A stretch of 64,000 nucleotides of DNA from Cladosporium halotolerans (Eukaryota). Under the pieces are notes generated by a model. It was not told the origin of the DNA. It saw only the letters and a list, made by a program, of their open reading frames with translations, and searched no databases. Below, one piece after another: positions 10,902-22,631 of the stretch; the stretch's first letter is position 1, and the number at the start of each line of letters is the position of its first letter. The stretch lies in contig NW_027191455.1 in the NCBI RefSeq assembly GCF_011745625.1, positions 930,001 to 994,000 of the forward strand. The letters are read 5' to 3'. Position numbers and translations under genes: made by a program.

Positions 10902-13900
10902 ATGTCTGTTCGACGGTACGCCCGGTCGAATTGGCATTTGGATAGAATCATCGCACATGAAATCAGTATCCCCGTCGAAAATACAAGTGGCGTACTACCA
11001 TCAACGCGACTGGCATTAGAACTTCAAGCTTCTGGTGAGAAACACGGGCTGAATAGAACTTCAGTGGTTCCGTTTGGAATCAAATGCTTACTGAATTCAG
11101 ACCAATTCCTTGACGAAGATGAATCGCTGGCGATAGAGAGCGAAATAAATTCACAAAGCATGTTGATCGAGTACAAGCGCCACGTACAGCCATTACTAGA
11201 CTCCCTATTGCCAGCCTCCGAGACTGCCGCAGTATCGTTGCGTGGCACCGATCGGATCCAATATCTCAAGTCGCTGCAGATCAAGCTCCTGGTGTACGCC
11301 TGCATGAACGGTATATCCTCTATACAGGGGATGATCGAACCAGTCGTCATGTACGACTTCCTTCAACCGCTGCTATATCCTTATCTACAAAAGACTTCGC
11401 TCGCTATACGTGGACCGCATGATTCCACCACTGTCCAGTCACTGATCTCCACAGCTGAAAATCTTTTCTTCTGGGCTATTGAGAAGGGCAAATGTGATAC
11501 TGTCAGAAAAGTATTGTGTCTCCCAGAAGCAGGAACGACGTCAATAAATCGCGTCGCTGGAATGATCAATACTTGACACCAGTCGAACGATCCGCAGGTC
11601 TTGGTCATGTGGATCTGACCGAGCTACTCATCAAAACCTTCAAAGCGGACGTAAACACAAGTGGACACAAGTCAAATGATGGCAGATCTTTCGCTTGCCA
11701 ATGCGGTCAAGGCGGGGCGCTCAGAGCTGCGCTGTTGGATGCCAAAGTCTCTGACCTTGCCAAAAAGGATCTGCTGACGGTGATTGTCAACGCCGGCGGT
11801 ACGACCTGTGCAGAGGATATGAAAAATATGAAAACAGCGATGGAAGTGCCTAGGTACGTGAGATTACTACCTCCGCTACCCCAACTCGCTAGAACGTCAT
11901 GCATCAGCTGGATTAATGCTGGAGTATACCACGAATCACTCTGCCGAGCAGACGAGGCCGGTGTCCTGCGAATCGTCGATACAGCACTTGCCGCAGGGAT
12001 TGATCTAGGGACGACTTTGCCTTGCTCTCTCAGTGAAAGTGATCGGAAGAAATTCAATATCTGGAACCTTGATGCTTCAACCAATTCCACCGCTTCTGAG
12101 ATCCATGAGATAAACGACATGCATCGTTTCGCTGGGGGCTTGCGCGATGTTTCAAATCTTTACCAGGAATGCATCTTCATGACACCACCTTATCCTGAAA
12201 ACATTATCGACATAGCAATAGAACGTGGGCATGCGTCCGCTGTGGTACGATTAAGGCAATCTGGAATAAGCCTGACTGAGAACTCGTCCACAGCAGCCGT
12301 GCGAAGCCGCAGCCTGCCTTTGCTCAACTATGTGCTCAAAGAAGGCGCTGCGGTCAGTTCTCTATCTCGTCATTATCGCTCTACGGCTCTCGCGGAGGCC
12401 ATTAAGCTGCAAATGGTCGAAACGATTGACGTTCTTTTGCACTGCATGCAAGTTGAGAGCCACATTGTATCAGAGCACCATTACTGCGCAGTATTAGCAG
12501 CTGCCACAGAAGCTGAAGATTGGGCCTGGATCCGATATCTTCTGACCTTGGGGGAATGGAAGTCAGCCGCGGTCCTTGGATACGCACTGGTCAGGGCTAC
12601 CAAGTTGAACCGAACGGATATTGCCTTGAAGTTGCTCGAGATGGGTGCGGCGATCGATCCAATCCTGTCGAATCAAGTCCTTGGCTTTTCCAACAGATCG
12701 ATTCGCGATGGTGGCGATGTGACAGCAAATCTACCGTTGTTCTATGCGCTGTCGCACAACAACGCCTATATTGTACGACTTACTCTGGAGCATGGACCGC
12801 GGTGTTACAGCAATACCCATCACTGGTTTGAGCGTTTCGAGTCGATCATGTTTTGCGCAGTTGCCTTCCGCTGTGATATCGACGTGCTGCAAGAACTATT
12901 GGACGCGGGATTTTTTCCAAGCAGTGGTTTGGTAGCTGCTAGTTGGATGGGTAATCTTGTCCTTGTCCGATTCCTCCTGCGATCGAACCTTTTCATACAT
13001 CAAGATGCACTTCAAGAGGCACTGGGCCGCGCCATCGAGAATTCACACATCTTAGTTGCGCGAGAACTGGTAGCATACGGCGGGACTCTGTCTGCCCGTG
13101 AAAGAATTCTAATGGCGAGAGGCCTTCCGTCTTCTTGCACTGATCTTGTCTCCGATCTGGTGCACACTGGTATCAACCCGGTCCCGGATGACGCCACCCT
13201 GGTCGCTACATTCAAGCTATGCATTCGAGGACGCTTTTGCGCAGCTGCTGCACAGATCATCGAGCAAAGCCACGGAAGACCATTGTGCCAGCTTCTACTG
13301 CAGTACGCCGTGGAACAGAATGCACCTTTGGATCTCATCTCGTCACTATTCCACGCCGGTGCAGACCCGGATGGGATCTGGCGTTCGTTTCAACCTTCAC
13401 AAGACCCCGGAACTGCATTTCTACGTGCGATCCATGGCGGTGACTTGGAGATGGTCAAGATTTTCATCGCAAATCGGGCTCGTGTCAACGAGCCCACAAG
13501 ACCAGGGATGACCCGAACGCCACTCCAAAAGGCTGCTGAGCAGGGATCGAAAGCGATCGTCCAGCTCCTACTTTCCCATGGAGCTGACGTGCACGCCAGT
13601 CCCGCCGTCAGGGACGGCGGCACATCCATCCAGCTAGCTGCCCGTGGGGGCTACATCGGCATCGTTGAGCTTCTCGTAGCACACGGCGAGGATATCTGTG
13701 CACCTGGATCACGGGTTGGAGGGTACACTGCGCTTGAAGCTGCCGCTGAGAGCGGCCTATCTGACATGGTGGTCTATTTGACAAGAGATCCCATGAAACA
13801 TCCGACCAGCCAGTACAGGAATGCCATCTCCCTTGCTAAAGTACGAGGCTACAATGCTGTCGCCACTCTTCTTACCGAGACCATGGAGGAAGTGGAGCTG

Positions 13901-14674
13901 ATTTTGGGCGAAACGTTCGATCCCGGAGAAGAAGAGCGTGCTAATATCAGGGACCAAGAGATTGCTCTCGCGAACCTAATGGCTGACATAAAAGCCCGAG
14001 CCTCAACTCTCTTCGTTGGCGAGGGAGCGCATGCGCATCCTGGAGATTCGGCCCCAATGCCTTCTGATGAGCATACGGAGAACGGATATGCAAGCAGGAA
14101 CCAGACGGATGCCAGCACATGGCGTCCAAATGATGCTAGAATCCTTGAGATCGATGAGGGAATTGATGATGTTCACGCACGAGACACTGGCAACAGTCTC
14201 GCAGTCGAAGCATGGAATCTGGAAGATGTGCCAGTCACCAAGACTCTCGTCACAGAAGCTACCGGTTTCAAGACGCAAATGGCTAATCAAAGCGCCATTC
14301 TCCCGCCTACTGCATCGAGCTCCTTCAATGTTAACGACCAGCATCAGACCGAAGCATTTAGCCACCCTGCCTCCACCTCAGACGCGAATGCGGCCGAGCC
14401 ACCCGGAGACGCAGAACTGGAGCCTTCCAGCGACGACAAAGCGAAGAAGTTCGTGTGCAGCCTGCCCGAATGCTTCTTCAGCACCGATCGCAACGACACC
14501 CTGAAGCGCCATATTGCTACACATCAGACCTCGCGGCAGAAGCGCATACACAAGTGCCAGCACTGCCCAAGTGCGTTCAGCAGGTCAGACTCGCTCAAGA
14601 ACCACCTGAAAGTCTGTGCGCAGAAGCCTGCTGGAAAATCGAAGCCTTCGTCTGGACCCAGCAGCCGGCGATGA
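10902..14674 (+). CDS. Large ankyrin-repeat protein with C-terminal C2H2-type zinc fingers; apparent frameshift near 11530; true start uncertain
   Basis: Ankyrin consensus repeats GTAFLRAIHGGDLEMVKIFI, RTPLQKAAEQGSKAIVQLLLSHGADVH, GTSIQLAARGGYIGIVELLV and YTALEAAAESG. C-terminal CSLPEC..LKRHIATH and CQHC..LKNHLKVC. The upstream ORF 10878-11576 ends in an ankyrin-like unit that continues in the -1 frame. Confidence 0.85.
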
Positions 14675-15310
14675 GGTCCACGGCTGGCGCCCCATTCAGC
14701 ACCACATCTTCATCCAAAACGATCTGGTCCCCTTTCCTCCAACTGCGATCCTTCCCACCGCCTCCTCTCCTCTCTCTCCGGCGGACTAGGCGCCGGACTC
14801 CGCTCGAAAGGGCGCTCCTCCGTCTTTCGCGCTCGACATCGCGGTCTTTCCGACTCGTTCGATTCGATGGATAGCACCACACCGACCCCCTTGTACACGA
14901 CACTTCCGATTTCCGCGCGTTGGGCGGCTGGCTGCACCGTCACGGCTTTCTTATCGGGTTGCAGCGTTTGCGTGGCGTTGATTCTCTTGGGTTTATCGAG
15001 CATTTTGCACGGCGTTTTGGTTGCGTGGGGATGTGGGCATTGCGTGGTAACGACATGATGGATCGCTTTACGAACTTATGATTGATGAACGGGTTCATTG
15101 TCTACGGCGTTTCTTTGTGAGGAGCGCTATGCGCAGCAACAGCGCTGTGTTTGCGGATGCTGTCTGGGATGTTCTACTCGGGTGTGAGGAAGACGACAAA
15201 GGATGCGTGGCGTCTGTTTCTGTCCGCACGTGGCGGATGCGTGCATTCCGAGACACGCGGGTGGAATGCGGTCGTTTTGGGAACGGGGGTAGAGTGTATC
15301 GCGTAGGACG

Positions 15311-15333
15311 TGCAAGTGCAAGTGCAAGTGCAA
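15311..15333. repeat. (TGCAAG)n hexanucleotide microsatellite
   Basis: tgcaagtgcaagtgcaagtgcaa read directly. Confidence 0.8.
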
Positions 15334-17250
15334 ACAAAAGCGGTGACGGTGATTATGCAGATTTGTTTCAATAACGATATCTCCAACGCACATCCTCCTG
15401 GGTTTGGGCACGCGTGCATGAAGTAATATAATCAATGGAATCCGTCGCGGTCGAAAAAAGTCGACCGCTCGCGTGGAATGCGTTCACTCGCTTAGAGGCC
15501 TGAGGTTTCAACTTTCCCTGCCGAATCCGGCCTGGGCTTAATGACTCGACGTCGTTCGCTTGGGCTCGTCGGGCGGCTGCGTCTGGTGTAGATTATTGTC
15601 GTTTCGCACGCACATCACTGACGGACCCTGCCAGAACGCGCCGATTCCGCTTACTCAATATGTAAGACATGACAAAAAGTCACCTGCCGTGCAGTTCACA
15701 CCACTACATGGGTTTTTTGACTCAGGGTTCAGTAGAGCAACGCGGGAGATCGAAGAACGGAGGCTCAGCGATCGCTCCGGCCATGGCGTCACGACCAGAT
15801 CACGCACAGCACTAGCATGACCCCCTTCGCGCAAGTAAGTCATGCTCCGGCCGGCAGTGCTTCCTGCGCGTTTGCTTACCAGTCCATGTACGCGCGCTAA
15901 ATTCTCCGCGGTGGCACGACGCCGCCAGTGGCTGCCTGGCCGTGGCAACGCGGGAAGAGCGTCGGCGTCAGCTTGTCGTTTGCGTTGGGGCGCATTCCTG
16001 GGGCTCGTATCGGGAGGTTTCGTCTTCGGTGCGCAAATAGCAGGTCGCCACCGGGCAGGACAGGCAGCCACCGGGGCCGCCACCGCAGCAGCAGCGCAAG
16101 CGCAAGGCGAGACATGCCGTCGTGCCGACTCGCGCTCGTGACGGGCTCGGCGGGCGGGAGAGGGCGTGGGCGGCGTGGCGGTGGGCGGGCGAGGGCGATT
16201 AAGGGCGAGCGTGGCCCGGATATGGGGCGCGTGCGCGGCGCTCGGGGCAGGGTCGAAGTGGGTGCGCCGACGTTCTGGACGTCGAGAGAGCCTCTTCCCT
16301 GCGCGTGACTAGCAGGACATGCGCGTGCGGGCCCGGCCGCGGGCGGCGATCGCTGGTCAGAAGTCGCGGGCCGAGCAAGGCGGCGGAGGGCTCAGGGCCA
16401 GCAGTCGTGCGACTCGTGCTAGCGAGGCCTGCGAGGCCGCGGCAGAGATCGGTGGCGCGCTGCAGGAACCGACCGGGGGGGGGGCAAGACATATGACAGC
16501 GAGTGGGCGCCGCATGGTGCTGCATGGCGCTGGCGTCATTACTGGGTGCCGGCGGGTGCTGGAGGAGGCTTCGGCGCGTCGTTTGATTGTCATTGTGTTA
16601 TTGTGCTGCACCGCGTGCCGACGAGCACACTGCCACGCACCACACATGGCCAGCGAGCGGCCGGCGCGGCGGGAGGCGGGTGGGCGGCGAGCACGCCCGA
16701 TTGTGAAGAGTCGCGCTGCTGGCGGCTAGTCGCAGCGCGCCCGTGGTACCGAGCGTGAGCGCCGCACGTGAAGGACGGACGGGTGGCCTGTGTGTGGAAG
16801 GGTGGTGGCCCTGGTGGGTGTTGGCGGCGATACCTTAGGCAGGTGATGTAGATTGATTGTCTGTGTGTGGCAGTGAGGGTGGACACGGGTCGGGGAGCGG
16901 GAAGGCAGACTGCTGCTCTCGAGACAGAGCCTGGAATGGTGACAGCTCGACAATAATAAGAATAGCCTTCGTCGATGGCGCGCGGTAGAGGGAGCTCTCA
17001 CTGCTCGATAGGCGAGAACAGGCAGGCTTAGGGACGCCGCTGCACGCACCTCGACCTGCGCATCCACCGCAGCGCAGACTGCAGCGGGAGGCAGCGCGCG
17101 CGCGCCACTCGAACTCCTCCCCCGCGAATCGCCTGCAGCGCCTGCGCCAGCACCGGCCACCACCGCCCACACCGAGCCCGCCGGACCACGCAGTGCCGCC
17201 CGCCGCTGCACGAGAGCCCTAGTCCGCGAGCTAGAGAGGGCCTGCGACCA

Positions 17251-17289
17251 GCACCACCACGCACCACACGCACCACGCACCACGCACCT
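17251..17289. repeat. Imperfect (GCACCAC)n simple repeat upstream of HMT1
   Basis: gcaccaccacgcaccacacgcaccacgcaccacgcacc read directly. Confidence 0.75.
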
Positions 17290-17523
17290 CGCGCCTCGCA
17301 CCTTAGTACTCCTACCACCACCGCCTTGCATCGCCCTCGACCCTCGACTCCCGACTCCCGCCTCTGCGTCCGCCACCGGCTCCCACGACCTGCTGTCACC
17401 ACTCACCCTCCTCCCGCCCTGTCGCCCGCCGTCACCACCGCCTCGCCAGCACCACACTGCAATATCCGCCGCCGCGTCGCCCACCGCACCGCCCGTCCAG
17501 CTCCTGCGTCGCCGCGCGCCACA

Positions 17524-17556
17524 ATGGTGACGCCCGCCCTCACGCCTCTCTCTTAA
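17524..17556 (+). promoter_or_regulatory. Candidate upstream ORF (MVTPALTPLS*) 80 nt before the HMT1 start
   Basis: CACAATGG is a strong fungal initiation context; 10 codons then TAA. Functional only if the 5' UTR includes it. Confidence 0.4.
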
Positions 17557-17636
17557 TCTTCTCCCTCCTCCGACCTTCCGCCGCACAGTCGCTACCGAGG
17601 GTTTCTGGCGTACTGGGTCGGCACTCTGAGCCTACT

Positions 17637-20600
17637 ATGGACCCCTCCCTCCGCTCCACCACCTTCCGCCCATCAGCGCCTTCTCTGCCCTGGGTGTCCG
17701 ATCCGCGAGCACAAGGCCTGCTCAACTACCTGCAGATCGCCTACCCCATTGCTCTGATCCTGATCTTCATCACCGCTTTTACGGTCCGCAGTATAGTGAC
17801 CGCTCGTAATGATAATGATGACACGCCGCAATCCACACAACTCGGGCCCGGCGGCAAGCCCTTGCCGAAGAAGAGCCAGAAGAACAAATCCGAGGCCAAC
17901 GCAGTAGACTTCAGCAGACCTCGAAAGCTGCTCTTCATCTCCCTCCAGGCCGGCGTGCTGCTGAGCTTTGTGGGTAACATTGCACTGGTCATATTCCATG
18001 CCCTCTTGGAGAGAGAGCAGAGATGGTGGTGCGGCCAGGCGCCGACGGTAATTAGCCGATCCTCCTAGTTGATGGACATACGTGTGCTGACTATGCTAGA
18101 TCTACCTCATCGGATCGTTCATGGTCTACGCTCTCCTCCAAATAACATTGATCGACACCAAACCCTCCCCGACCCTTGCCCATCTCATAGCATGGACCTC
18201 CGCCGCCCTCATGGAAATTACCCTCCTGGGTGCCTCATTTGGCGTATACACAACCGAACATCGTGAGCCCAAGGTCGGCGACCCTCGCGGCGGTCGCCTG
18301 CAAAGAGAGATGAGCGAATGGGAAATCACAGAAGTCACACTGGATCTGGTCCGCGTGCTTTTGCTGATCGCAATGGTAGCATTCTACTCGCTGTTTGTCT
18401 ACTTGCAAGGGATCACACAAAAGCGAGCCTTGCTGGCACAAGAGTCGGAGCGACAATCTTTACTGGGGAGCTCACGCACCGAGGACGGGGACGCGGCGAC
18501 CCACGCGAACGGCTACGGCACCTCGAATGGATCACCAAACGGCAAGCCGCCAGGCTCCCGCCAGCAACAGGCTCCGGCAGGCTGGGAGAAACCCCAGCAG
18601 CCTCCTGCGCGCAGTTGGTGGGAGTACATCCGCGCATACGGCATGTTCATCCCGTACATCTGGCCGTACAAGAACAGGCGGCTCCAGGTCTTCTTTGTGA
18701 TCTCCATCTTGATTGTCCTCCTGCAGCGAGGCATCCAGGTCCTTGTTCCCTATCAGGCTGGTGAAATAACCGATATCCTGGCAGGCGAGAAAGGACCAGT
18801 GCGCATGCCGTGGAAAGCCATCACCTTATACATCGTCTTCCGCATCTTCCAAGGCTCCAACGGCCTCCTGGGTGCCGCGAGACAGATCCTTTGGATTCCC
18901 ATTGAGCAGTATTCCTACCGTGAGCTCTCCGTGGCAGCCTTTGAGCACGTCCATCAGCTAAGTCTCGAATTCCACCTCGGTAAGAAGACCGGTGAAGTGC
19001 TATCAGCACTGGGCAAGGGTGCTTCGCTCAATACTTTTCTGGAGTCTATCACATTCAACGTGCTCCCGATGCTGATCGACTTGGGCGTCGCGGTCGTTTT
19101 CTTCTTGGTCCGATTCGATGCCTACTACGCGCTCGTCATTGCCGTTGTCACCTTCTGGTACATCTATATCACTATCCGCATGGCATCTTGGCGCGCCGAC
19201 ATCCGCCGGCAGGCCACCAACGCCAGCCGTGAGGAAGACGCCGTCAAAAACGACTCGATGATGTCTTACGAGACGGTCAAGTATTTCAACGCAGAGGAGT
19301 ACGAATTTAACCGTTACCGGGAGGCGGTCAAGAAGTACCAGCGCGCCGAGTACCTGGTGACTTTCTCACTGGCCCTTATGAACACGATCCAGAATCTGGT
19401 GTTTATGGCCGGTCTGATAGTAGCTTGCTTCATCGCAGCGTACCAGGTCACTGATGGCCAGTTGAAGGTCGGCAAGTTCGTGGTTCTCCTCACTTACATG
19501 ACGCAGCTCCAGGGTCCCCTCAACTTCTTTGGCACGTTCTACCGCATGATCCAGAACAACATGATCAACTCTGAGCGCATGCTCGAGCTTTTTAAGGAGA
19601 AGCCCACAGTCGTCGACAAGCCAGGCGCTATCGAGATGCCATCTTGCGAGGGCGAGATCCGCTACAACGACGTCCACTTCACATACGACACGCGCAAGCC
19701 TGCATTGCAAGGGTTGAGCTTCCGCTGCAAGCCAGGAACTACCACTGCGCTGGTGGGAGAGTCTGGTGGCGGCAAATCGACAGTTTTCAGGCTGTTGTTC
19801 CGCTTCTACAACGCCCAATCGGGCAACATTCAGATTGATGCACACGACGCCGAGAGCGTCACGATCGACAGTCTCCGCCGTCACATCGGTGTTGTGCCCC
19901 AGGACACTGTTCTCTTCAACGAAAGCCTCATGTACAACCTCAAGTACGCCCGCCAGTCCGCCACTGACGAGGACGTGTACGCCGCTTGCAGAGCTGCCAG
20001 CATTCACGACAAGATCTTGTCTTTCCCCGACGGATACGATACCAAGGTCGGCGAGCGCGGTCTCCGCCTCTCCGGCGGCGAGAAACAGCGCGTCGCCATC
20101 GCCCGCACAATCATCAAAGACCCCCGCATCATCCTCCTCGACGAGGCCACCGCCGCCCTCGACACCGAGACCGAAGAGCACATCCAGGAGGCCCTGCAGA
20201 CCCTCGCGCGCGGCCGCACCATGCTCGTCATCGCCCACCGCCTCAGCACCATCACCATGTGCGACCAGATCCTCGTCCTGCACGAGGGCCAGGTCGCCGA
20301 GCGCGGCACCCACCTCGAGCTCCTCGCCATGCGCGGCCGCTACGCCGCCATGTGGCGCAAGCAGGTCCGCGCCCAGCGCGCCGCCGAGGAGGCCAAGGTC
20401 CTCAAGGACAAGGCCGAGCGCCTGCGCCGGGAGAGCATGGATTCCAGCGCCGCGCGCCAGCGCGCCCCGGGCAGCGACGAGACGCCCCCGAGCAGCGACG
20501 AGGACGAGCGCGCCGAGCACCGCCGCCGCCGCGCCGCCGCCCAGGCTGCTATCCGCGAGCAGCAGGCTGTCCTGTCGTCTATGAGCGGCAGCCCCTACAC

Positions 20601-20796
20601 CGCTGTGCCCGGGCTGTCGATGTCGACCGCTCTAGGCCCTAACGCTGGCAATGACCAGGGCGCTGACTCGCCTGCTACGCCTAGGCGCAGCGGGATCATC
20701 AGGTCGCCTTCGCCGGTGCAGGAAGAGGGTGGTAGCGGTGGCGGCGGCGGCGACGCCGGTGCTGGTGCTGGTGGCAAGCCGGCCGGACACCCTTGA
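17637..20796 (+). CDS. HMT1: Heavy metal tolerance ABC half-transporter (HMT1/ABCB6 family)
   Basis: Intron 18048-18099 joins the extra N-terminal TM domain to the core. Motifs FHLGKKTGEVLSAL, YETVKYFNAE, Walker A GESGGGKST, signature LSGGEKQRVAIAR, Walker B ILLDEATAALD, H-loop IAHRLST. Confidence 0.96.
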
Positions 20797-22631
20797 TCGC
20801 GCGGATTGCTCTTCGACTTCCCTCCCTGCCTTACACGGCTTGGCTTGCCCTTTGACCCTACCCTCCCTACTTTTTTTTCGGTTCGATCGTGTCATTTCTA
20901 CCGTCTGCTCGGCGGGCGGCTTTGGGTTTTTGATACAGGATTTTGCCGCTCCGCGTGTGTTTTCTCTCTCTCTAGATTATTCTTGGAGCCCACATGAGAG
21001 CTGGGACGACGTTTCGGGCGATGGAAAGAAAGAAAGAAAGACAGAAAGAGGAAAGGGGAAGGGGGGAACAACAAAAGCAAGGAGTTCGCGTTCGGGAGCT
21101 GGTGGGAGATGGGATGGGATCGAACGGAAGGGAAAGGAGAAAAGCGTGTGTACCGCTATTGCTATTACTAGTATTAGTACTACTATTACTCTTACTCTTA
21201 TCGAATGTCGTTTGAAACTTTTGCAAAATTACTACCACAGAGTAACCATAGATTGTTGTAAGTAATCACGACCGTCCTCCTCATCAAGTTCTCGCTCTCT
21301 GCGCTTGTGACAGAAAGATTCCACACCCATTGGAACTCGCTTTCTCACCACCGCCACCGCTCCTTCATCTCCCGCTGTCTCTGCTCACTCACTCCACCCA
21401 ACACCAGTCAAGCCTACCTAAGCGATTGGCCCTCCTCCCGCCTTGCTACGCCGCCGCCGACCGCGTCGCAGAACAGCGGTGAAGCGGTGACGAGAGCGGC
21501 TTGCGGTGCGATGCGATGCGATGCGTTCGTTTCGTGCTACGGCAGGGCTGGAGCTGGGCGGTGCGCTGCCACGTACGTACTGCACTGTATACCTTAGGTG
21601 ATGGGTGTCAGTGGGTGTGGGCAGGGGACGGCAGAGCCAGGGTCCGACGTCTACGGACCTCAATACTACGTGTATGCAGCACCCTCTCTCATCAGGCCTC
21701 AAGGGCCCCGAAGGCGGGACTCATTCTATCGTCTCCAAACCCGCGACAGCTCACATTTCCCCAACCCCTACACCTCGCACGCCAGATAAATAAATCGCAG
21801 CGCTCCCGATCACTAGGTACCTAGGTACATGTACGTGTCACCAGCAAAACGCCCCTCCTCCCAGCAGCAGCAGCAGTTTCCGCAGCTGCATGCATGCATG
21901 CATGGCGCCGTACCGCCCGTCGGGCAGGCATGCGACGCCCGCCCCGGCTGGGAGGGACCCGGCCGCCTGGGAACGCGAACCCATTCGGCCGGGCAGGCCG
22001 AACCGCTGCGTCGGGTGGGACTGCGCGGCTGCGAGAGGGTGAGGTGCAGGGGCGCTAATGCGTGCGTGCGTGCGTGTCTGCGGCGGTGGGTTTGGGGGAG
22101 TGAGGGAGGTGATGATTCTTATTCTTGGGGTGGAGGGGAGTTGCTGGAGGAAGGTTGGAGTGTGGTGCACGTTTGTTTGTTGGAGAGGTTGTTGTTGTTG
22201 TGGGTGATCTGATGCAGTGTTGAGGCGCGAAGGGCAGGTTCGTGTATATCCGGTTGTAGGTGAGAGTGGGCTGCGATTGATGTGTGACGGTGTGGGTTTG
22301 ATCTGTAGTAATTGAGACGAGAACGTGTAATTCTTGGGCACGAGGAGCTGATGACAATAATGACTGTTCGCTACAGTTCCGTAGTGCTTCCACGTACGGC
22401 AGCTCAAACGCAACAACGCCGGGTCACCCGACTGAATGGATCGCGTGTACGTTACCGAGTCGTGGCACTGCATATAAGCTGCATGAGCCCGCAGGGTCGG
22501 GTGTTGGAGCTGTTCTTACCGCGGAATACCCTGGTCTCTATGCTGCCGCCGCTGGAAACGGAGGGGTTCTTTTACGTCGAAGACGACTTGGGAGTTGAGT
22601 TAGACCTCAAGCTCCTATACGAACAGACAAG

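Noticed and set aside
11498..11576. Programmed -1 ribosomal frameshift in the ankyrin gene
   Set aside because: No X XXY YYZ slippery site or clear downstream structure in the overlap; an indel is more parsimonious.
14710..15337. Short minus-strand ORFs downstream of the ankyrin gene
   Set aside because: Could not be joined into a convincing spliced gene; low complexity and no motifs.
15447..15468. 8-bp inverted repeat GCGGTCGA-N6-TCGACCGC
   Set aside because: Expected by chance in 64 kb; no terminator meaning in a eukaryote.
16726..17586. 286-aa minus-strand ORF
   Set aside because: R/G/A-rich translation of a GC-rich promoter-like sequence; no domain signal.
19366..20642. Several long overlapping ORFs (384, 272, 218 aa)
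   Set aside because: Antisense or off-frame shadows of the GC-rich HMT1 coding sequence.
21300..22600. 211-aa ORF, microsatellites and short palindromes (CTAGGTACCTAG, GTACATGTAC)
   Set aside because: Low-complexity intergenic sequence; no terminal inverted repeats or target-site duplication to support a MITE.
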